Below, in pieces: positions 18,494-28,097 of a DNA stretch of 64,000 nucleotides. The stretch's first letter is position 1; each line of letters starts with the position of its first letter. The notes beneath the pieces are model-generated. The model made no database searches and had not been told where the DNA came from. It saw nothing but the letters and a program-made list of their open reading frames with translations. The position numbers and the translations under genes are program-made. Origin of the DNA: a virus (taxonomy: Duplodnaviria; Caudoviricetes); IMG/VR virus record IMGVR_UViG_3300037466_003648, positions 141,181 to 205,180 of that record; one strand, written 5' to 3'.

Positions 18494-19786
18494 TTACGAG
18501 TTCATGACGCCGACGCGCCAGATGTTTCCGGGTACGGCAACCGTACCGCCACTGGGGTTGGAGATCGTCAGGGTGATGGTATCGGCACCTGTAACGACCG
18601 CTTTGTAAGTAATGGCCGTGGGCAGATCCATGGGCGGGCCGACCACCGTGCAATCGTTGGCACGCGCACCGGGCACCGAAACGGCCAGGGTGTACGACAA
18701 ACCTGCCGTCAAGCTCTGGGTTGCAACACTGACGAGAACCGTGTTCGGACGGACTTCCTCGATCAAGGGATCGACATATGCCATTACGAAGTCGATGTTC
18801 GCCAACTCCATAAACAAGCGTCCGCCCGCCGTCACGGTCAGTACGGACTCACCGTCGGCCGTGTCCGTGGCCGTCGACGAGTAACGGTAGAGGCCCAAAC
18901 TCGGGATGAACACCAATGCGTCAGTAGTCAGACCGGTCAGTGCAGCAGCAGCCGTGGTGTCCGCCACCAACTGCAATCCACCGGCGCTCACCTTCAAGGC
19001 AAACTCGCTGAGCGCGTGCCCAGCGAAGGTCGTGGCATCCGTGCCCGCCAGGGGAGACACAGAGCTGGAGATCTTGACTTCGACGCCGGTTGCGGGGATC
19101 TCGCCTGCCACGAACGTGATCTTGTTGCCCGTGCGGGTGTAGTTCACACCCCCACCGACCATGATGTTGCCGCCGCGCCACACCAACTCGTAAGGACCGC
19201 CCGTCGGCAAGGTATACGTTGCGTTGCTCGTGCCAACGTCAGCAGTGACCACCACGGGAGTGGTCATCGCACCACCTGCGGACAGGTCGGCGAAGGCGCG
19301 CTTGTCGGTCACCAGGGTGATGACACCGCCGCTGGTGGTCACTTCTGCCATGCGGAAGCGACCCGCTGTAAAGCCTGTCGTGTTCTTGCTGACAGTACCT
19401 GCCGAGTCTACCTCGACGTAGTTGGTGGCGTTGTTGGTCAACCCAATCGTGTTTGCCGACACGCTGACCAGCGTGGGACCGGCCTGCATCTTGCCTGCCT
19501 TGTAGCCGTACGTCAGGCCCGTGGTCGTGGCCGTGTTCTGGCCGAAGTCATCGATGCCACCCGTACCGGCGACGTTGATCAGGCCGGAGCCGTCTCCCGT
19601 GATGACGCCGTTGGTGACCGTGAGGCCACCGTCCATGGTCTGCGTGCCATGCCCCGTCGGGTTGGCGATGAGCAGCTGTGCGGCACCCGATGCTTGCGCG
19701 ATGGCAAGGACCGCGTTGTGCAGCACCTTGGTGACGTCGAACTTGCGCTGGAAGTGCGCGAGCGCTTGTGCGATGAGTTCGTTCAC
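18494..19786 (-). CDS. Tail fibre protein
   Basis: N-terminus similar to that of 19797..20609; contains the TADVGTSNATYTLP...YTRTGNKITFVAG module also found twice in 22182..23942. Confidence 0.7.
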   Translation of the reverse strand: MNELIAQALAHFQRKFDVTKVLHNAVLAIAQASGAAQLLIANPTGHGTQTMDGGLTVTNGVITGDGSGLINVAGTGGIDDFGQNTATTTGLTYGYKAGKMQAGPTLVSVSANTIGLTNNATNYVEVDSAGTVSKNTTGFTAGRFRMAEVTTSGGVITLVTDKRAFADLSAGGAMTTPVVVTADVGTSNATYTLPTGGPYELVWRGGNIMVGGGVNYTRTGNKITFVAGEIPATGVEVKISSSVSPLAGTDATTFAGHALSEFALKVSAGGLQLVADTTAAAALTGLTTDALVFIPSLGLYRYSSTATDTADGESVLTVTAGGRLFMELANIDFVMAYVDPLIEEVRPNTVLVSVATQSLTAGLSYTLAVSVPGARANDCTVVGPPMDLPTAITYKAVVTGADTITLTISNPSGGTVAVPGNIWRVGVMNS

Positions 19787-19796
19787 AGGAACACTC

Positions 19797-20609
19797 CTAC
19801 GTCACGGTCCGGGTGGCGCCCGTCCAATCCCCGCTGGAATACGAGTTCGTGATGGTCACGGTCTTACCGCCACCCACAATCGTGACGACGTTGAGCGTAC
19901 CATCGGCGTTGTAGCTAAAAGTGGTCGTCTTCACGGTCGTACCACCGTTCTTTTCGGTGACGGACGCGATCGTCCCATCCGCGTTCATGACCGTTACGTT
20001 CACCAGATCGTGGATCTCGATCTCGTATCCGTGCTCGTAGCGGACGTCTGTGTTGGCATCACCGTGGGTAGTGTTGCCCTTGACAACGAGGTTGCCGTCC
20101 ACGGTGCCGTTGCCGGTACTGTGGAACGATCCATCAACCGACGAGATCTCGAAGCGCGTGACAGGCGTGGTGCCCGTACTGGTCGTCGATTCGAAGACCC
20201 AACCATAACCTGCTTGGTTCTCGACGTTAAAGCGCCGCGCCCAACTGGTCACCAAGGATCCCGTAGATGGTGTAACGCCGTTAGGGCCGCCGGAACCGCC
20301 AGGCGCCATGTAGTCCATCCAGGTCTTGAAGGTTGCGTTGTTGTACCACTGGATGCGCGCATTGGTGTTCGCCGTCCGGTTCATGAACAGATAGCTGTTC
20401 GTCCCGAACAAGGCATTGCCGTTGATGGTCAGGTCGTTGCTGATCGTCAAACCACCGGCAATGGTTTGGGTAGCACCGCCATTCGGGTTACCGATGATCA
20501 GTTGAAAGGGAGCTGCCGCCGCTGCCACAGCCAAGACCGCGCCCCACTTGGGGTGGGTCGTGTCGAACTTGAACGTTAGAATGTTAGCGGCGAGGAGTTC
20601 CTCGGACAT
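19797..20609 (-). CDS. Tail fibre protein with C-terminal YD-like hairpin module
   Basis: C-terminal NADGTIASVTEKNGGTTVKTTTFSYNADGT module shared with two other genes. Confidence 0.7.
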   Translation of the reverse strand: MSEELLAANILTFKFDTTHPKWGAVLAVAAAAAPFQLIIGNPNGGATQTIAGGLTISNDLTINGNALFGTNSYLFMNRTANTNARIQWYNNATFKTWMDYMAPGGSGGPNGVTPSTGSLVTSWARRFNVENQAGYGWVFESTTSTGTTPVTRFEISSVDGSFHSTGNGTVDGNLVVKGNTTHGDANTDVRYEHGYEIEIHDLVNVTVMNADGTIASVTEKNGGTTVKTTTFSYNADGTLNVVTIVGGGKTVTITNSYSSGDWTGATRTVT

Positions 20610-20624
20610 GGGGCTACCTCAAGG

Positions 20625-21575
20625 TTAGTAGAGGAGCCCCATACGAACCAGCTGCGTGGTCGTGTTCGGCATCAGGTACAGGTACTCGATGCCGTCGGCC
20701 ACGATGGTGTCCATGCGGTTACCTGCCACGGCAGCGCCGTTCAGGATCACGTACTGGGTAGCCAACATGCGGGCCACCGGACCGCTGCCAGCAGACAGGT
20801 CCAGCTCGACAATGCGACCCGTCGCGTCCTTCGAGATCGCCAGACGCTGTGTTGGTGCACCGGTCAGCAACTTGCACATGTAGCTGCCGGTCGTGAAGGT
20901 TTCGGTATCGGGCTTGTACGTGATCTGTGTCCAGGCGTTGCCGGAGATCGAGTACTGATCCACACGGTTGGTAGCACCACCCGCTACACGGATGATGTGG
21001 TCGTTGCCACCACCGTGGCCCGGCAAGAAGACCAGGCCACAACCGGCGCCCGAGGCCGTGGGTGCGTTAGCCACCGTGGTAGGCGAGGCGACCCAGGCGT
21101 TGGTGCTGATCTGGTAGCGGTAGAAGGTGGCCGCATTGTTGCCAACCAGGTAGATGAAGTCCGACGAGGCAGCACCCGCGCCCATGGTGGGCATGGCCAT
21201 GTTACCGTCCGTACCAAAGGTGGCGGGCAGGTTGGTGACGCTGCGGGCCGTCCAAGTATTGGTGGTCGGATCGTAGTACTGGAAGGTCGGTGTGGCGACG
21301 CCGTTGGTGATCAACGCCCACAGGCGGCTGTTGGCGCTGTCCCACTGCAGGCAAGTGCCCACGCCGAGCGTACCGCCCGGCGGGTTGGCGAGCTGCTGCC
21401 AGGCATCCGCTTGACAGTCGTAGCGCCAGAAGGACGTAGCGGAGAACAAGGCGTACAAGAAGCGAACGGAGTCGCCCGTCATACAGACACCCGCCGCGAC
21501 AGCCGCCGGGGGCGGGGTCATCTGCTGGAAGATGGGAGTGTCGATGACAGGCTTGTTGTTGTTGACGGTGGTCAT
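20625..21575 (-). CDS. Kelch-like beta-propeller protein
   Basis: Repeats FWRYDCQADAW, FQYYDPTTNTW, FYRYQISTNAW, VDQYSISGNAW. Confidence 0.75.
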   Translation of the reverse strand: MTTVNNNKPVIDTPIFQQMTPPPAAVAAGVCMTGDSVRFLYALFSATSFWRYDCQADAWQQLANPPGGTLGVGTCLQWDSANSRLWALITNGVATPTFQYYDPTTNTWTARSVTNLPATFGTDGNMAMPTMGAGAASSDFIYLVGNNAATFYRYQISTNAWVASPTTVANAPTASGAGCGLVFLPGHGGGNDHIIRVAGGATNRVDQYSISGNAWTQITYKPDTETFTTGSYMCKLLTGAPTQRLAISKDATGRIVELDLSAGSGPVARMLATQYVILNGAAVAGNRMDTIVADGIEYLYLMPNTTTQLVRMGLLY

Positions 21576-21585
21576 GGGGATTCTC

Positions 21586-21855
21586 CTAGCTCAGATTCTT
21601 TCGGAAGCCCGCATAGTAGTTCTGGGCAGTGTCCAACTGGGTCTTGCCATTGGCGTTGGTGGCACCCCAGTTGGTGATGTTGCTCAGAGTGGTACACGTT
21701 GTCACCGTGGTCACCGTGGTCACGGTACCGCTGGAAATCAAGGCATCCACCTGCAGACGGTTCGCGGTGTTCACGATGAGGCGTCCCAACGTCTTCGTCA
21801 GGATCTCCATGAAGGCACGCTCCAGGGCGCCGCTTGCGATACTTCCCTTGTTCAT
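21586..21855 (-). CDS. Small Thr/Val-repeat protein (89 aa)
   Basis: GTVTTVTTVTTCTTLS repeat; RBS GAGGA. Confidence 0.7.
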   Translation of the reverse strand: MNKGSIASGALERAFMEILTKTLGRLIVNTANRLQVDALISSGTVTTVTTVTTCTTLSNITNWGATNANGKTQLDTAQNYYAGFRKNLS

Positions 21856-21864
21856 CGGGTCCTC

Positions 21865-22182
21865 CTACTCTGCCGTCACGAACCAAGCCGTGCCCGTGCT
21901 GTACAAAGTCACGTACTCCTGCGCGTACTCCAAAACGTAAGTCGAGACGATCCCGATCAGCTCGGCTCCGTTGGGGTCGATCGTAACGGTGTTGGTCGTG
22001 CTGTCCGTCTTGACGACCGTGAAGGATCGACCTGTCACCGTCGCTGCGGCCGGTAGGGTCAGTACGAAGCTGCCCGAGGTCGCGTCGGCCAAGGTCACCG
22101 ACTCGTTGGAGGTGATCGTGTGGTTTCCCGTCACCACCGAAGGCGGGACGCCATCCAGAACTTCCGGGCCGATGTTAGGCAT
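21865..22182 (-). CDS. Stand-alone tail-fibre C-terminal-type beta domain (105 aa)
   Basis: VTLADATSGSFVLTLPAAATVTGRSFTVVKTDSTTNTVTIDPNGAELI...YSTGTAWFV; TAATG overlap with the upstream gene. Confidence 0.75.
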   Translation of the reverse strand: MPNIGPEVLDGVPPSVVTGNHTITSNESVTLADATSGSFVLTLPAAATVTGRSFTVVKTDSTTNTVTIDPNGAELIGIVSTYVLEYAQEYVTLYSTGTAWFVTAE

Positions 22183-23942
22183 TACACCACCGCCTTGGTC
22201 ACCGTGACCGTGCCACTGCCGTACGCGTACGTGTGGGTTGCTGTCTTTCCGTTTGCAACGTAGACCTTCGTTGCAATCGATCCGTCGCTGTTGTACGTGA
22301 TGGTCAAGGTCTTGACCGTCGTCGCGCCGTTCTTCCAGGTCACCGTTGCCAAGGTCCCATCCGCGTTGAGCGTCTGGTCTTCCTCCAGGGTACCCGTCTC
22401 CATGTACGTGCCCATGTCTGGGAGCATCGTGGAGTCGATCACACCGCCTGCAGTCGTCTTGACGATCGCGTTAGCCGTGCTTGTAACTGCTGGAGCGGAT
22501 CCCTGGAGTGTGATTGCATCGATGTCGTTGTCAGAGATCGAGCAACTGATTACTACCTTAGCAGTACTAAGTGGGATATTTCCGGCAACAAATGTGATCT
22601 TGGTTCCCGTGCGGGTGTAGTCGGTTCCTCGTACTTGGATCGCACCCGACTTCCACACCATCTCGTAACCACCCGTGGTGGGCAAGGTGTAGGTGGCGTT
22701 ACCGGTTCCCGCGTCGGCAGCAACGATGGCCGGGACGGACATGGCACCCAGATCGGTGGCAGCGACCGACACACTGATCGTCACCTTCGACGTACTCAGT
22801 GGGATGTTTCCCGCCACAAAGGTGATCTGGTTGCCCGTGCGTGTGTAGTCGGTGCCGCGTACCTGGATCGCACCCGACTTCCATACCATTTCGTAGTTGC
22901 CCAGGTACGGGAGCGTGTACGTGGCGTTGCCCGTACCCACATCTGCGGTGACCACCACGGGCACCGACATGGCGCCTGGCAGGTTGCCGATCGTGGACAA
23001 CACACCTCCAGAGTAGGCAATCGAAGTGCCATCGACCGCGTTATCCAACAACACCGTGCGATCGGCCCCATTGACACGCGTGAAGACGCCGCCGGTCGTG
23101 GTCCAGAAGTCTCCGTCCAGGGGTGTGGTGGGTGCGACGCCGTGCGGTAGATTCAACGAGGCTGCGCCTGCAGTTGCCGCTGACAACATGGTTCGTCCGT
23201 TCTCACTGACGGAGAACAGCAGCGTACCACCGGCCGCTGTGTTCGCGTTCGTGCGCACGGCGAACTTGCGCGTGGTGTCGCTGTTGTCCGAGTCGATCAA
23301 GACAATGACATCGGCCGTGGAATTGACCACCGTACCATTGCTACTATCGACAAACAGCCCGTTGTTGGCGTTGAGTCCCAGGTAGCTGGTTGGAACCGCG
23401 TTTGCCGTCGTCGCGGCAATCGCGTGAACCGTTGCTGTCAACGTAGTGTTGTTGCTTGCATCGATCGCGCCAACCGTGATATTGCCATTGTCCGCCGCGT
23501 TGCGGAAGGTCAACAGGCCCGCGTTACCAATGACGACACTACCCTTGATGTACGCACCGTTGGTGGGTACCTTGCTCACATCAGCATAAGCACTGGATAC
23601 GAGCAACTGACCAACATTGACACCCACGGCAGCGCTGCCGTTAAGAAAGTTGATGGGGACCGTCGACCGCAGCTGACCGCTTGTCAAGGTCAGACCACTG
23701 GCACCCCCAACCGTCATGTTACCGGCGAAGTTGGGGGTGGTGGCGTTGTACAGGGCGACGTTGGTCGACAGCGTGCTGTCCGCCAACCCGTTGGTACCCA
23801 AAGCAGCGTTGACGTTGGCGCCGTTGATCGAGATCGTGCCCGCGGACAGCCCGATGTTCGATCCAACGATAACGGCGCCGCGGACGGCGCCCGCAGCGAG
23901 GGGTAGGTGGTTGGCTGGGTAAAGGCTACCTTCGTAAGACAT
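22182..23942 (-). CDS. Tail fibre protein (586 aa)
   Basis: N-terminal ~45 aa near-identical to 23970..25400; two tandem ~70-aa modules; C-terminal YD-like module. Confidence 0.8.
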   Translation of the reverse strand: MSYEGSLYPANHLPLAAGAVRGAVIVGSNIGLSAGTISINGANVNAALGTNGLADSTLSTNVALYNATTPNFAGNMTVGGASGLTLTSGQLRSTVPINFLNGSAAVGVNVGQLLVSSAYADVSKVPTNGAYIKGSVVIGNAGLLTFRNAADNGNITVGAIDASNNTTLTATVHAIAATTANAVPTSYLGLNANNGLFVDSSNGTVVNSTADVIVLIDSDNSDTTRKFAVRTNANTAAGGTLLFSVSENGRTMLSAATAGAASLNLPHGVAPTTPLDGDFWTTTGGVFTRVNGADRTVLLDNAVDGTSIAYSGGVLSTIGNLPGAMSVPVVVTADVGTGNATYTLPYLGNYEMVWKSGAIQVRGTDYTRTGNQITFVAGNIPLSTSKVTISVSVAATDLGAMSVPAIVAADAGTGNATYTLPTTGGYEMVWKSGAIQVRGTDYTRTGTKITFVAGNIPLSTAKVVISCSISDNDIDAITLQGSAPAVTSTANAIVKTTAGGVIDSTMLPDMGTYMETGTLEEDQTLNADGTLATVTWKNGATTVKTLTITYNSDGSIATKVYVANGKTATHTYAYGSGTVTVTKAVV

Positions 23943-25316
23943 TGGATCCCCCGATCCGGTCGGGCGACCTTACATCACGTTCCACTCGGTGCCGTTGTAG
24001 ACCAGCTCGCGGGAACCGTAGTTGGACTCGATGAGGTGGGTGGCCTGACCGTCGATCGTGCCCGCAGCCGGGGTGATTGTGATGGTGTTCGTGCCCGCAT
24101 CACCCTTGCCGTCCTTGATGGTGAACCACTCGCCGTTGGTCGGCGTCGCAGGCAAGTTCACAACAGTCGCGGCACCCACGGTCTTGTTAATGATGACGAT
24201 GTCGTCGGCCGTGGTCACGGTGACGGCACCGGCCGCCGTCACGACGCGGTTGGTGCGTACGATGGCTTGCGGGCTGACGGAGAAGACACCCGCCGACACG
24301 GCGATACCCGCACCCGCCTGCGCAGCGCCCAACGCCGCGGCGGTTGCCACGGGCAGGTCCAAGGGTACCAGAGCACGGTAAGCGGGCGCCGCAGCGCCAC
24401 CGGAGGCCGGACCGGCCAACACCAGATTCGCGTTCTGGTTGGCGAACGACAGCGTGATCGAGCCGGTCGAAGCCGTGACCGACAGACCCGAACCGCTGAC
24501 CGCAAAGGCGGTCACACCGGCGTTGCTGATGACGCCCGCGGTGATGCCCAGACCCGAACCCACCTGTACGGCACCGAACGCCGCGCCGGTTGCCAGGGGC
24601 AGCGTGCTCGCCGGGATGCTGTTAGCGCCCGTGATCTGCGCACCAGGGATGCCCGTCAGACCGGTAGCGGGACCCGTGAACTGCGTGGTCGCGGTGATGG
24701 TACCCGTCGACGTAATGTTGCCCGCACGGAACGCCTGCTCCGACGACGCGATGTACGCGGAGTCGTCCGCCTTCACCTTGGCGGTGGTCCAGCGCGAGTT
24801 GGCGTTGTCCCAGGTGATACCCGGCATGTCATTGGCGACGGAGCTGCCGTTGGAGCCCACGTACACCGAGATACCGGTGGCTAGCGTGGGAGCGGGATCG
24901 CTCACGCCGACACCGGCCGACGGCCAGTTCACCTGGATGATGCGGTCATTGAAGTCCACCGAGGTCGAGTTGACCTGGAAGGTGGTACCCGTGACGGTCA
25001 GGTTACCGTTGATGACGGTGTTGCCACCGATGGTGCCACCCGCGGAGTTGAACGGCGTGTAACCCAGGGCGGTGGTGATGTTCGTGCCGGTCAGCGAGAT
25101 CGTGCCGGAGGCCAGCGTGATGTTGGAGCCGACGATCACCGCACCGCGCGTGCCACCCGCGGCCAGGGGCAGCTGCGACGCCGTGAGCAAACCGCCGCTC
25201 AGACCGGCGTAGCCGTTCGAGGCGTTCTTGTTGGCCTGGTCTTCGGGGGTGTAGCCGAGCGCGTTGGTAACGTTGGTGCCGTTGATCGAGATCGTGCCCG
25301 CGGACAGCCCGATGTT
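23820..25316. repeat. 39-nt exact direct repeat in the 5' ends of two adjacent fibre genes
   Basis: GCCGTTGATCGAGATCGTGCCCGCGGACAGCCCGATGTT at 23820-23858 and 25278-25316. Confidence 0.9.
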
Positions 25317-25400
25317 GGTACCAACAATGACGGCACCACGCACACCACCTGCCGCGAGGGGCAGGTGATTCGCGGGATAAAGACTACCTTCGTAGGACAT
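23970..25400 (-). CDS. Tail fibre protein (476 aa)
   Basis: Repeated LPLA.G...GAV.VG..I motifs, LAGPASGGAAAPAYRALVPLDLP, and a C-terminal TLP..P..G..FTIKDGKG domain. Confidence 0.8.
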   Translation of the reverse strand: MSYEGSLYPANHLPLAAGGVRGAVIVGTNIGLSAGTISINGTNVTNALGYTPEDQANKNASNGYAGLSGGLLTASQLPLAAGGTRGAVIVGSNITLASGTISLTGTNITTALGYTPFNSAGGTIGGNTVINGNLTVTGTTFQVNSTSVDFNDRIIQVNWPSAGVGVSDPAPTLATGISVYVGSNGSSVANDMPGITWDNANSRWTTAKVKADDSAYIASSEQAFRAGNITSTGTITATTQFTGPATGLTGIPGAQITGANSIPASTLPLATGAAFGAVQVGSGLGITAGVISNAGVTAFAVSGSGLSVTASTGSITLSFANQNANLVLAGPASGGAAAPAYRALVPLDLPVATAAALGAAQAGAGIAVSAGVFSVSPQAIVRTNRVVTAAGAVTVTTADDIVIINKTVGAATVVNLPATPTNGEWFTIKDGKGDAGTNTITITPAAGTIDGQATHLIESNYGSRELVYNGTEWNVM

Positions 25401-26567
25401 CTACTTGATCCTCCAGACGGTGCCGTCGAGGTAGAAGGTACGGCTTGCGTAGTCGGCACTGATCGTAGAGACGGGTTCGAGCGTGGTGCTGCCCCCGGCG
25501 ACGAACGTGATGTTGTTGGTCGAGGCGTTTCCGCTGATGTCCTTGACCGTGACGGTCTTGCCGTAGTCCCAGGTACCCGGCAGCGTAATCGCCACCGGCC
25601 CGGCGCCATTGACGTGCACGGTGACGTCATCATTCTGAACCGTTGCGTTAGCAGTAACTGTGCGGAAGTTGGGCAAGTAACCCAGTGCCGCCCAGGTGCC
25701 TGGCGTGCCGTCCGCGATGCAGGTCCAGCCCGTTGCCAAACCGCGTGCGGGTAGGTTGTTGAGGACCACATCGCCGCGAACGTGTGCACCCGATCCCGGA
25801 GGCGCGCTGCCTTGGATCAGCTGGTTCGTAGACAGCAAGAAGGTACCCAACACCTGGACATCGTGCTGGAAGGTGTTGGTTGCGGCATCCGTGAGCGGGA
25901 CTTCCGCGGGCATGTCGGTCTTCACCAGCAGGCGGAAGGTTGCTGCCTGGTCGGCGCCTGAGGTCGGACCCGCGAACACCTTGTGGGCTGCCTGCGAGCC
26001 GCCACCCACTGCCGCGGCAATGCTGGTATCGGCACCCACCGCCGTGTAGGTCGTGCCGTTCCAGTTACCGACCACCACCTCATGGCTGGTCGGTGTGTAG
26101 GTTGCCAGCGTCACGCGCAGCGTGCCGTCGTCCTTCGCGACCAGATACTGGTTGGTGGCGTTCGTGAAACTGACCATGTAGTTGACCGTGGGCAGCGTGC
26201 AGTACAGTCCGTTGATCGCGACCTCACCGGCTTGGAGCGTCAGGTTGACGCCGCCCGTCATCGTGCCGGTGTAGGAGGTCATAATCCAGTGCGCGCCGAT
26301 CGCCGCGGCGAAGATCCTGCCGAACTGCGTGCGCTGCAGTTGCTCGGCAGCCACCGCGCGGTCGCTCTCGTCCCGGCGGGTGTCCTCCAGGTAGGCGAGG
26401 ATGCCACGAATCTCCTCGTTACGCAGGTTGAAGAGCGCTGCGGTAACGAAGTTGCCCGCCACGTACGCGCTGAGCAGCGAGTCGTCCGGCACACCGTAGG
26501 ACTTGTTCATCAGCAGGGTGATGGGTCCCTGCTGGGCACTGCTGTAGGCGGTGATGTTGTAGCTCAC
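25401..26567 (-). CDS. Tail fibre protein (388 aa)
   Basis: FAGPTSGADQAATFRLLVKTDMP, RGDVVLNNLP...GWTCIADGTPGTW and the shared C-terminal beta domain. Confidence 0.75.
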   Translation of the reverse strand: MSYNITAYSSAQQGPITLLMNKSYGVPDDSLLSAYVAGNFVTAALFNLRNEEIRGILAYLEDTRRDESDRAVAAEQLQRTQFGRIFAAAIGAHWIMTSYTGTMTGGVNLTLQAGEVAINGLYCTLPTVNYMVSFTNATNQYLVAKDDGTLRVTLATYTPTSHEVVVGNWNGTTYTAVGADTSIAAAVGGGSQAAHKVFAGPTSGADQAATFRLLVKTDMPAEVPLTDAATNTFQHDVQVLGTFLLSTNQLIQGSAPPGSGAHVRGDVVLNNLPARGLATGWTCIADGTPGTWAALGYLPNFRTVTANATVQNDDVTVHVNGAGPVAITLPGTWDYGKTVTVKDISGNASTNNITFVAGGSTTLEPVSTISADYASRTFYLDGTVWRIK

Positions 26568-26576
26568 GACTTACTC

Positions 26577-27878
26577 CTACGACACGCTGTCCGTGACGCC
26601 CGACCACAGCCCATTCACGTCGTACGTGTGGTCCTGTGTGAAGGTCTTGCCGTCCGCCTCTTCGACCACCGAGGCCAGCGATCCGTTTGGGTTGTAGCTG
26701 AAGGTCACGGTCTTCACGACCGTAGCGCCATCCGTGTACTGGATCCCTGCAATCGTGCCATCGGCGTTGGTGGTGACCACCTTGGTCAGCGTGTCCTGCT
26801 GGAGGTCGACGCCGTGGGTGATGGTCACCGTGGTGTTGCTGCCCGGCCCCGCCGTGCCACTACCGGCCGAGAGCAACGTCGACATGAACGAGGCGGCCAG
26901 CGTGCTGCCGCTGGGCGGCTTGGTGCTGCCCAGGAACTGGATCTGACGACCCCGCACCACGAAGTCCTCGTACTGTGTGTAGAAGACCACCGACCCGTTC
27001 GAAAGCGTCGCGCGCAGCACGATCGTGTCGGTCACGGGCGTCACGGCCAGCGTGAAGGTCTGGACCACACCATCCGGCACCGGGGTCGGCACCTCGCTGG
27101 CGAAGTAGATACCCACCACCGGGTAACCCCAGCTGACGGCCACGTCGTAGGGCTGCGCGGGGTTGTAGTGCAAGAGCACCGTGTGCGCGTCGAGATCCAG
27201 GGTGTAGTCATCCGCGCTCAGCAAGAAGCCGTAGTCGAGGATCTGCACCGAGCGTCCATGGTCCACGGGCAGGTTGAACAGACGCGGATTCCCGATGGCG
27301 TCAGGCTGCGTGATGCCGACGATCGGGCGCATACCCGGACCACCGGAACCCCAGCATGCGCTGATGTCGTAGGTCGTCGCCGGTGTGTAGGTCAGCTGCA
27401 CGACACCGGAGACGATCTTGAACTCGTCCCGGCGCAAGAGACGCCCGTGGTCCAGCACCTGCACGTTGACACCTGCCTCGGGCGGCAGCTGCCACATAGT
27501 AGGATCGCCACCCACCTCCGTGAGCGCGACCGGCACGGTCAGACCGCCGCGGCTGGCCGACCAAACCGCCGAAAGGTTGTACGGCGAAGCAGGATCGTAG
27601 GTCAGCAGGACTTCGTTGGTGGCGGTGTCGATCGAGAACTCGGTGACCTTGAGCATGCGCCCGTGGTCGAGCACGTTGAGGGTGCCCACCGCACCATCCG
27701 GGATCACCCAACGACGAATGGACGACCCCTGCTCCATGAGCACGGGCGAACCCACACCCGAATCGACGTCGCTCGCGCGCAGCGTCTGGGCCACGTTCAG
27801 CACGTAGGCAAGGGCGTCGTTGATCTTGCTGATGCCATCGCCGAAGAAGTCGGCGGCTTGCACCTGAGGGATCGTCAC
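26577..27878 (-). CDS. Tail/baseplate-associated protein with three DHGR/DYG repeats and YD-like C-terminal module
   Basis: Three ~70-aa repeats (VLDHGR...LTY.PA.PY...A.W); C-terminal NADGTIAG...VKTVTFSYNPNGS. Confidence 0.7.
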   Translation of the reverse strand: MTIPQVQAADFFGDGISKINDALAYVLNVAQTLRASDVDSGVGSPVLMEQGSSIRRWVIPDGAVGTLNVLDHGRMLKVTEFSIDTATNEVLLTYDPASPYNLSAVWSASRGGLTVPVALTEVGGDPTMWQLPPEAGVNVQVLDHGRLLRRDEFKIVSGVVQLTYTPATTYDISACWGSGGPGMRPIVGITQPDAIGNPRLFNLPVDHGRSVQILDYGFLLSADDYTLDLDAHTVLLHYNPAQPYDVAVSWGYPVVGIYFASEVPTPVPDGVVQTFTLAVTPVTDTIVLRATLSNGSVVFYTQYEDFVVRGRQIQFLGSTKPPSGSTLAASFMSTLLSAGSGTAGPGSNTTVTITHGVDLQQDTLTKVVTTNADGTIAGIQYTDGATVVKTVTFSYNPNGSLASVVEEADGKTFTQDHTYDVNGLWSGVTDSVS

Positions 27879-27881
27879 GGG

Positions 27882-28088
27882 TTAGCCTCCCGAGGTTTCG
27901 CGCAGCACTTCCAACACGTCGTCTGGCACGAGCTGGCCCGCGTTCATGGCTTCGGCAGCCTTCAGCATCGCACCGGAGACACGCTGAATCTGTTCGAGTG
28001 CGCGCTCTTCAGGACCCGGATGGAACAACCACATCCCGGAGTTGGGACACACCACGTAGGGTGGCAAGCTTTGCGTGGGCGTGTTCAT
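27882..28088 (-). CDS. Hypothetical protein (68 aa)
   Basis: RBS AAGGAG; fills the gap between two structural genes. Confidence 0.65.
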   Translation of the reverse strand: MNTPTQSLPPYVVCPNSGMWLFHPGPEERALEQIQRVSGAMLKAAEAMNAGQLVPDDVLEVLRETSGG

Positions 28089-28097
28089 GGCGGCTCC

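Noticed and set aside
22560-22975. Tandem ~210-nt repeats in a fibre gene as a possible DGR template/variable pair
   Set aside because: Differences fall mostly at third codon positions, are not adenine-specific, and no reverse transcriptase is present in the window.
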